A stretch of 64,000 nucleotides of DNA from Lytechinus pictus (Eukaryota): positions 26,724,001 through 26,788,000 of the forward strand of contig NC_087250.1 in assembly GCF_037042905.1 (NCBI RefSeq). Direction: 5' to 3'. Positions within the stretch are counted from its first letter, which is position 1. Each line of letters opens with the position of its first letter. The notes under the pieces were generated by a model. The model did no database searches. It saw only the letters and a list, made by a program, of their open reading frames with translations, and had not been told where the DNA came from. The translations under genes were made by a program, and so were the position numbers. Below are positions 55,338 through 64,000 of this stretch, piece by piece.

Positions 55338-56957
55338 TGTGACTGCTTTTGGTTTGGCAGGGAAAGTTTTCACTTGTATTTATACACTTTTCTACTGTGC
55401 ATCCTCCCCCCCCCCTCCCCACAATAAGGAGAAGAAAAAAAAATCACAATTATGTCATGATTTCCTCCCTATTTTACAGGGAAATCATTTTCTTTTTAAC
55501 CCAGAAGGGCAGCAGTGACGTATTTTGTAGCCAGAATTCCATGAGTACTTCCATGTCCTTCACCTAGTTTACATTACACAATTGTTATGGTGACAGATTC
55601 ATATTCCACACTGGCCAGCAATAAATGTCCCTTTAGTATACTACTGAATCAATACTCTGGATCATGATAATAATCACAATGTATTCAGCTATCATTCTCT
55701 GTCATTTGGCTCTTCTCAATAACCCCCTCCCGGCCCCTCTCTCTCTCTCCCCCCCCCCCCCTCTCTCCGGGCCCTTTCCTCCTTCCATTTTCCATCCCTT
55801 TCTGTCAACATGTCACTCATTTTCTCTGCCTTCTGTAAAACTATGAATGTTATTACACACAAGGCACTTAGATTTGCTTTTTCTTTTGTTTTTATTGTTT
55901 TTTCTCTTGAATTGTGATATTAATTTCAAGTGATAATGACTTAGAAAAATGAATCAAGTACTATTAAAACACATTTACAACATTTCAAAGGTGATGATTA
56001 TCATTAAATTTCAATTCATGAACATGGATTGAGCTTAAACATTACAAAATTATCTTATAGGTGCATTGTTTCAACATTGTGTATTCTGTCTGTATTATAA
56101 CCCTGGAGAGACAATGTTTATTCCCTGATCAGAAGAGAACGGGGTCTCCAAAAAAAAAAAAAAAATTAACATTATGCATATGATACCCTAAGGTTGTGCC
56201 AAAAAATAAAATTCCCAAGTTCAGTGAGAATCGCATCATTTGGTAGTGTATCCAATATCCTTCAAATGCTAAAGATATGAAAGGGTGTTTTTCAATATTT
56301 TTTCGCGCTACAGGGGCTCAAACCAAGACTACGTGCAAACTTGGTTGCAGTCACAGTGCTCACAGGGTTTCTTGGGCAACTAATTAAGGTCCCATAAAAT
56401 CTAGCATTGACAAATTACTGCTCTCCCATGGGACTGAACAGATCCAGTAGTAATCCCTCTCTATGCCCACATGAAAAAAATTGCTGAGATATGCACCGTT
56501 GATTTTATATTAATATTTTTCCAACCATTACGTCATTTTAGGTACGGGTCTAAAGGGGATTCCCGAAATTGCCGGATCCTATTAGTGGTGTGCGCCCTTC
56601 AGAGGGTGCGATTCTCACTGAACTTGGGAATTTTTTTTTTTGGCACAACCTTAGGGTATCATATGCATAATGTTAATTTTTTTTTTTTTGGAGACCCCGT
56701 TCTCTTCTGATCAGGGAATAAACATTGTCTCTCCAGGGTTATAATACAGACAGAATACACAATGTTGAAACAATGCACCTATAAGATAATTTTGTAATGT
56801 TTAAGCTCAATCCATGTTCATGAATTGAAATTTAATGATAATCATCACCTTTGAAATGTTGTAAATGTGTTTTAATAGTACTTGATTCATTTTTCTAAGT
56901 CATTATCACTTGAAATTAATATCACAATTCAAGAGAAAAAACAATAAAAACAAAAGA

Positions 56958-58875
56958 TAATTCTAGAGAAATTTAATATTGACATTTCAGAGGACACTTT
57001 AGATATAGGGGCCTACACCCAAACAAATTTTGCAGCACATGCTATTGCCATCTCACAATCAAGAAACCATTACATTGGACACCAAAAAACTGGGACACAC
57101 ATAGGAGAACATCACACTGTCATACATGTACACATTTTAAAGAAACACAAACACCAGGCAGACCAAAGAAAAGAAAAGCTGGTGGCCGCCCCCCTGCAAC
57201 AACAACACCCCAGTCTCACTTTTCTCAATTAGGAGTATCACTATCAGGAACAACAGACAATCAAAAATACAACATCAATCAAGACACATTTCACATTGAT
57301 AATTCACTACAATTCCTTTTGTGTTGTGTTTGTAGGTCTGTTGTGTCATGTCCTGTCGAGTCACCTTGTAACCACCTGTTTTGTCTTGACTGTATATCGT
57401 CTCTCTTTGTCAAAGTGTCTGTTAGCTGTCCTCTTTGTAACATTCAATTTCATTATTCTCAAACACACACACCAGCCGCATACATCATCACATTACTACA
57501 AAATCTTCATGTTCAGTGTTCACATTGTAAAACATCCCTTCACTACACCCAAACATCAGGCCATTCGTGTCATACTCGTGTAAACTGTGACCATACATAC
57601 GCAAAATGTACGCAAATGGACCTCAACACCCAACAACGCCGGCAGATAGCCTCTGAATACCTCAAATGTCAGATGGCCAAGTCACATGATGGTATGTCAG
57701 CCAGCATAGGTTTAGCAGGTCGTGGAAAGGTAAATGCAAAAGTCTTATCTCCTAGCTACCGGTAGTTTAAAGTAACAATCATCATCACATATTTCAAACT
57801 TGCAGAAGATTTTGTGGAAGACGAACAAGTTAGGGTCTCAAAATATATCATTCTCTTTATCATTGTCAGTCAAATTTATTTCAGAAGTTTCAACATTTAA
57901 AAAAGTTATTTCAATAGTCCCAGTAGATTTGAATTATGCAAGGTTGATCAGGTTGAATTCACATATAAAGGCAAATGATTGGGTATATATTACCCAAGTA
58001 ATATTAGTAAATATGTATTTTATTATATACATATTATATATATAATTTCAGTTTCATACATTTAAGTTTTCATACTGTAAAGAAATTAGCCATTAATGTA
58101 TTTTAGTTCACAGTATAAGAAACAAATAAAATAATCATAATGGTGCATATATCATGTAAGTATAACAACAAAACTTTGCCCCCCCCCCACCAAACAAAAC
58201 TAAAAATAACAAAAGAAAACATGGATTTCTAGAAAGTCATAGATATCATTTAATTGCTATAATTTAACTATTTTCTAGATACACAACCCTGTATGTTGAA
58301 TCCTCATTAGATATACATGTATTCTAAAAGATTTTAATAATTTTACACCATTATCTTGAATAATATAATGTTATTTTGAAAATGAAACTTCAGCGGTAAC
58401 TTGCCATCTATATATTCTTACAGCCTATGAGAGCTTTCAAAATTCCAAGCAGCATCGTACCAAGTACAACCTGTTCATCATCCACCCTCCGTAAAAGAAC
58501 GTCAATAATACATCATGTAAGGCAAGAGGTTTCTGGTGGGAGAGAGGCAGCCGATACTCAACAGCAACATGAAGTTTCCCAATCTGCAAGCATCACAGGG
58601 ATCTTGGGCCCACAACCCCTCCATATTCCATCAAGAGACATTATGGAGCTGAAAAGCTTCTTCAGCTTGAGTTGGAGAAAGCTACGACGTTTGAAGAGGT
58701 GACTTGAACAATCTTTGTTATGGACATTCATGTAATTACACCCCGGAAGAGGGTACTCAGATTTGGTTTGGACGGGGATCTGCAGCTGAAGAGTTCATAC
58801 CCATACTTATTAAGTTAATGGGTCATTTAGTCAGAAAGGAATAATAATAATAACAATAATAATAATAATAATAAC

Positions 58876-58922
<47 letters not shown>

Positions 58923-61900
58923 TAATAATAACCTGCTCAACATTTGCAGCACATGATACGTCTCTATGGACTTTTAAAGTACTTTGGATGTTCTTACCCC
59001 GGCTTTAGCCCCTGGAGCCTTTATACAGATCTCAGTGCATTCAAGGAATGAATCCTACCAGGTACCCACTTACAACACCTGGGTCGAGTGTGGCAAATGT
59101 AGATTAATATCTTGCTAAAGGACATTGGTACTGTGGTGGGATTTGAACCCCAGATCTCGTGGTTCACATTCCCTTGACTTATCCACAGCACCTTTACAGG
59201 GTACCAATTAAAAGGTATTTCATTTTTTTGTAAAGACCACTTTTGCATCTCGAATGATATTCTCAAACGACGAGAATATATACGGGCGAGAATATCATTC
59301 TTAACAATAAAGTTACCCATGTTTTGGAGGTTTTCTGGCACAAAACATTACCCCATGCTTTGGGATTTCTTTTAAAAAAGTGACCCATTAGAGTGGCACA
59401 TATCCCCATATACCTTATAAGATGAGTATTCCCCCCCCCCCCCCCACCCCACCAGGAATTACACCTCATACTAGATTAAGTCATTAATACAATAAAAATA
59501 CAATACCTAAATATATTTCTTAACAGCTGGCTAAAAGAACGGAGAATTTCTACAGGAAATGAGAGGGAAGTGAGGAGACTCCAAGATGATGTGGTAAAAA
59601 ACAACATTACCGGGGAACTGTTGCCTCTCCAACAAGGCTCAAGTGAGACTGGCATGGAAATTAAGGAGACCCCGGTAGTAACAGTAAGCAGCCTCAGTGC
59701 CCTTGTCAAGGACTTACTAGAGGAATATGATCGGTGAGTTCTACCTGTGATAATGTAAACAAAACCATTAAAGCAAATCATTAACATAACAAAAGAAGAA
59801 AGATATTTTAAATATCATTAAAAATGATTACTGAATGCACCAATTACAAAAAAAAATGATAGGGATGAATTCACAAGAGAGTTTTAAACCTCCTTTGTGA
59901 ATTTGGGCCATAGTGTTTCTGATATTGATATCTATTCCTTATCCTCAGAAGCATTATGATTTTATTCTGGTAATATAATTTTATTAATTAAACCCATTTA
60001 AATCAAATTAAATAGCCCTTTGAATAATGCAATAATATCCTATTTCTACATATCTACAGACTTGGAGAGCTCACCTGGCATGACGACCACATCCCCGAAG
60101 GAGAAATTTGGTTGAAAGGGGGAGGAACTTTCAAGCTAATGGTGCAATTGGCCAATGTGAAGCGACCCAATAGCCTCCACAACACCCGGGTGATCATGTT
60201 GTTCCCTGGATCTGACTCCACTTACAACCTCGATGTCTCTCTGGAGACCATTAGATGCCAAATTGCTGATTTGGAGTCAATGTCATGGCGGTGTGTTTTC
60301 TTCTTCTGTTGAATAAAATATTAATATCCATAAAAATCAAAAAGATTACCAGAACCTATAAAATTTCAATGAGTAAGATTTCTAATGTGAATGTAGTTAT
60401 TTGGTATGTGAATTTTATTGTGTCTATCTCATATTTTGTCTTTATACAGAGGGAAAACCATGAAAGTCTTTGCCTTCGGCGACTATGAATATCTGACCCG
60501 CATGTATGGACTCACTGGCCCCAATGGTAAGCCTTACTTTCATAAACATTATATATACATATATATTATTTTGATTGAATAGAGGTAATTAAAAAAAAAT
60601 AATAATTTCTCTTGACTTGTATCCCCATTTTTTTTTTTCTTCACCAGGCCGTCATTGCTGTCTCTACTGTGAGATGACCAAGAAGGAAATAGCTGACCCA
60701 CCAATGGCTGTCCCCTGTCAGCGAAGCCTGCAGACCCTCAAGGAATCCCTGAACCACTTCAAAACCTGTGGCATCCCAAAGGAATCTAATAACGTCATCA
60801 GATCCCCATTCTTTGACATTCCAATAAATAGGGTAAGATATTTAAGAAAAAAATGATTTCAATAGCCAAATGCTTAATCAGTAGCCAGAATATAACTCTC
60901 ACCAGGGGTGGGGTGGGTGTGTAATCGGATCTGTATCTTACCACAGACCTTTATGCTTATCGGGTTATAGCTACTTTAAACCCCTCAGGAAGACAAACAT
61001 TCAGAACATTCAAAAGTGAAATCTTAATTTCATCTGCAATGATGACAATGAAAATTGTTATTAATACCTCTGATATTATAAGCCCTTTTCTCTTATTTAT
61101 CAGGTCTGTCCTCCTGGGCTCCATATCTCCCTCGGGGTCTTCTTGAAGCACTTCAACTCGCTCTGCCAAGCATGTCACACTCTGGACCTGGAGATTGGCC
61201 AGTCCTTGGCAAAAAGTCCTACAGACCAACTGGAAGCAAAAGAGGCCTTCAAACAGCAGCTGAAGAAGCTGAGTCTCCAGTCAAGACTGAAGCTTGCTGA
61301 GGAAGAACTCCACGACCTCATGGACCAGCACATGATGGTTGGACTTCTTTACCCTGAAGCTGAACCGCCCACCCTCATCCTGGAAATGGCTGAAGAGAAG
61401 AAGAGAGAGAAAGTTACACTGGTTAGTATCTTGGATGTCACACTGGCAGTATTGTAAATACGAGTTGCATACGTTTTAATCTTAAATCATGTATAGATGT
61501 ACCAAATGCATCTTTAACTAAAATTAATATAAGATTTAACATATAAAATCTCTTTTTTATTTGTAGGAGAAGGAAATAGGCAAAATACCAGAAATGACAG
61601 TTCACTCTGGACCAACTAATGTTGGTCTAGAAGAAGCACTACAGCAGTTGAGAGTGAGCAGACAGGCGTACCATGGTCGTTCATTTGTAGGGAACCATGT
61701 ACATAAATGTTTACAGGTGAGTAGAGTATATCATGAAAAGTAAGAACATTCCTGAAATATACTACTATATTTACACAAATTATAGTAATTCACATTGTCT
61801 TTCTTTTGAATAATACAAGAAAATATAAATTCTAGATGTTTGCTTCTTGCCTAATGTCCACTTTATTCTAATAGTAAATGTCACTATCCTTTTACTTTGA

Positions 61901-62601
61901 ACCTATCTTCGTGTACCTTGTTCCAACAGCCTGAGAACACTGATCTGATCACTGCTGCTATATCAAAGAAGGTACAGTCACTCTGCCCCAACGACCGGGA
62001 CCTCATCCAGAAGGCAGAAGAGATAGCCAGCAAGTATAATACTTTGCTAAAGCTGTTCGGGGCATGCCACCGGGGTATAAACACGGGTACTTTCCTGGAC
62101 GACTCAGTCATCGACAAGCTGGGTAAGAGTCTAAGAGATCATGATCATAAAGGTCAGCTGCAAAAAAAAAATGAAATGCAAGTAATTTTCATATCAAATA
62201 AATAAAGAGTGACAGAGCAAGAAAATATCAATTGACACTGAAGAAGCAAAAATATTACTAGAAAATAACATTTATAGATCTCTATTTTTGTTTTTTCTAT
62301 CGTTTATTTACTGACAGACAAAGACATCAAAGAGTATATGTTGTTCTACCGTCAGAACTTCCCCACAGAGAGCGTGACCCCCAAACAGCATCTATTGCAG
62401 TATCATGTCATCCCCTGGTTCAGAGACTGGAGAGCAAGCCTTGGGATGATGGGTGAACAAGGGGGAGAGTCGGTCCACTGCCAACTCAACAACATTTCAA
62501 GAGATTTGAGGGGCTACAACGATGACCTCAAACTCAATATACAATGTGTAAAAAATCAGTGGATATTAAGTAGCCCCTCAAATTACAATAAGTTCAGTTA
62601 G
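56958..62601 (+). pseudogene. Chapaev/N-RAG-TP-like transposase with RAG1-like motifs, 10 exons, 5'-truncated
   Basis: Exons ~56958-57729, 58424-58698, 59527-59733, 60060-60290, 60450-60526, 60648-60832, 61104-61421, 61567-61716, 61930-62122, 62318-62601, all GT-AG and phase-consistent; motifs HPNKFCSTC, C3HC4 RING, FGDYEYL, CCLYC, PPGLHISLG, FVGNH, TPKQH...HV, EQGGESVH. Confidence 0.85.
58742..59456. mobile_element. MITE in intron 2 of the RAG1-like gene, containing an (AAT)n tract and a SINE-like fragment
   Basis: 8-bp TSD aattacac (58734-58741, 59457-59464); ends cccgg..gggtactc / gagtattcccc..ccagg. Confidence 0.65.
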
Positions 62602-64000
62602 ATCCACTCTAAATACCCTCTCAATCTCGGAGTAGAGAAGTAGAGAAGTGTACACTGAATTCTATGTATACAGAGCTTGTGGGGTCTTTAATTTTTTTTA
62701 TTCATCTTATTTTATTCTATTATTTTTTATATTTTTTATTTGCAATCTAAGAATATATTCTTGCCTTGGGAATTAAACTTAGAATTAAATAAGAGTGTAT
62801 ATAGCATTAAACAAAAAATTGATTCGAATGGCTTTACTGAAGTAGGTCACCTTTTTGTTCTCTGTAATAGACATGCAGTAGAGAATTATGTTGAAACTTT
62901 AATCTATGACTATATTTCAAAAACATTGTATAGAATAGAATGATTGATTAGAATGCATTATGTATTTACATATATAGTCTAATAAAGTCTGTTCTGCAAT
63001 ATCTGGAATCTGCAATATCAGCTAGATACCAGTATCCATTAGCGGATGAAGTACAGAGAATCAGAGATACATGTACTACTGCCAGTGTGTAGGATTTAGG
63101 ATCAGTGGACAAGTATCCAGACTTATTATTATTATTATCATCATTATTATCATCATTATTATTATCATCATTAATTATTATTACTTTTATTTGTATCAAT
63201 ACATTTAACTTCATCAGGCTGTAGACATTTGTTTATGAACAAAAATCAGAAACATTTACGTCTGGTCACAAAGAGTGTACCAATATTTATGTCTGGATAA
63301 CTTGTGCACTAGACTAATGTGCACATTATTGCATTTGACTTTGACAAGTTCGGTTGATATTGAGAATAGAGAGAGAATAAAAGAATAAATACATCAACTA
63401 TGACAGAATTTGAGAAAACAGTGGCTGGAATAAGGTCTGTGATGTTAATTGTCTTTGTTAATGCAGATTTCTAAACATGATGGGTGATCATAATCATATG
63501 GATGTGATAACTGACAAGCTGTTTGGAATCACTTCTGGGTACATTTTTGTAGAAAAAGTCACAGAATTTTGACAGACATATATACATGTATACACAGTTG
63601 TAAATTTAGGAAACACAAGAGCTAGAGCCAACAGCCCACAGAAACTCCCCAACAGAGTAATATTTTCCCAAGGGATTAAATTTTACAAAAAGCCTGCAGT
63701 GCTCAGCTGAGGGAAAATATAGTCCGAGGGAAAAAATAAAAAATAAAATAACATACATGTAGCATTTCCATTGGAGATCCGCATGCTCAAGTTGCTGCAG
63801 CTCTTATCCCCTCTAGGCTTTACTGTAGAAGATGTGATGGCATTTGGACGTTCATGTACCTCTACTCAGTATCTGTAATAGACCCAGGCGCGTAGCCAGG
63901 GGGGAGGGGGGGCGCTAGCCCCCCCCCCAAAAAAAAAAAACCGCCAGCCAAAAAGAGAGAGAGAGAGAGAGAAAAAAAAGTAAGAGGACGTAAAATTATA

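Larger units (their letters stand above)
44655..56957 (-). mobile_element. KolobokP-like composite DNA transposon: LTDR-INT-INT-(inverted INT end/LTDR)
   Basis: INT1 45108-52266 and INT2 52271-56235 are near-identical; each has a His-Me nuclease gene convergent with a DDE transposase gene. Confidence 0.85.

Noticed and set aside
44655..56597. A single element with ~345-bp long TIRs
   Set aside because: The 449-bp unit has its own TIRs, and the right copy is inverted together with 356 bp of INT, indicating a secondary inversion of a direct repeat
56958..64000. Bona fide RAG1-RAG2 / ProtoRAG locus
   Set aside because: No RAG2-like ORF or heptamer/nonamer TIR visible; core spacing looks more Chapaev-like

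Overview
AT-rich eukaryotic (invertebrate, probably echinoderm-like; inferred) DNA, almost entirely nested transposable elements, around one probable host gene. That gene is on the minus strand: a ~21-repeat ankyrin exon (42308-44469) that can splice in frame to a death-domain-like exon (18442-18734). Highlights: (1) 44655-56957 is a composite-like DNA transposon resembling the KolobokP lineage, with a ~449-bp terminal unit carrying its own short TIRs and an internal region encoding a His-Cys-box (His-Me finger) nuclease convergent with a DDE transposase. The internal region is duplicated in tandem with no terminal unit at the junction, and the right end is inverted. (2) 56958-62601 is a 10-exon transposase gene with RAG1-like N-terminal zinc region, RING finger and core motifs (Chapaev/N-RAG-TP-like), apparently missing its first catalytic Asp. 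(3) A dispersed ~400-bp repeat, found at (TA)n sites, carries a 72-nt tRNA-like gene whose anticodon reads UCA (opal). (4) Three Penelope-like families carry hammerhead ribozyme motifs. Also present: a complete TRIM, a deleted THAP/KolX Kolobok, a non-autonomous P-like element, L1/Tx1 and CR1/L2 LINE remnants, Helentron-like repeats and several MITEs. All calls were made by eye; no database searches were run.
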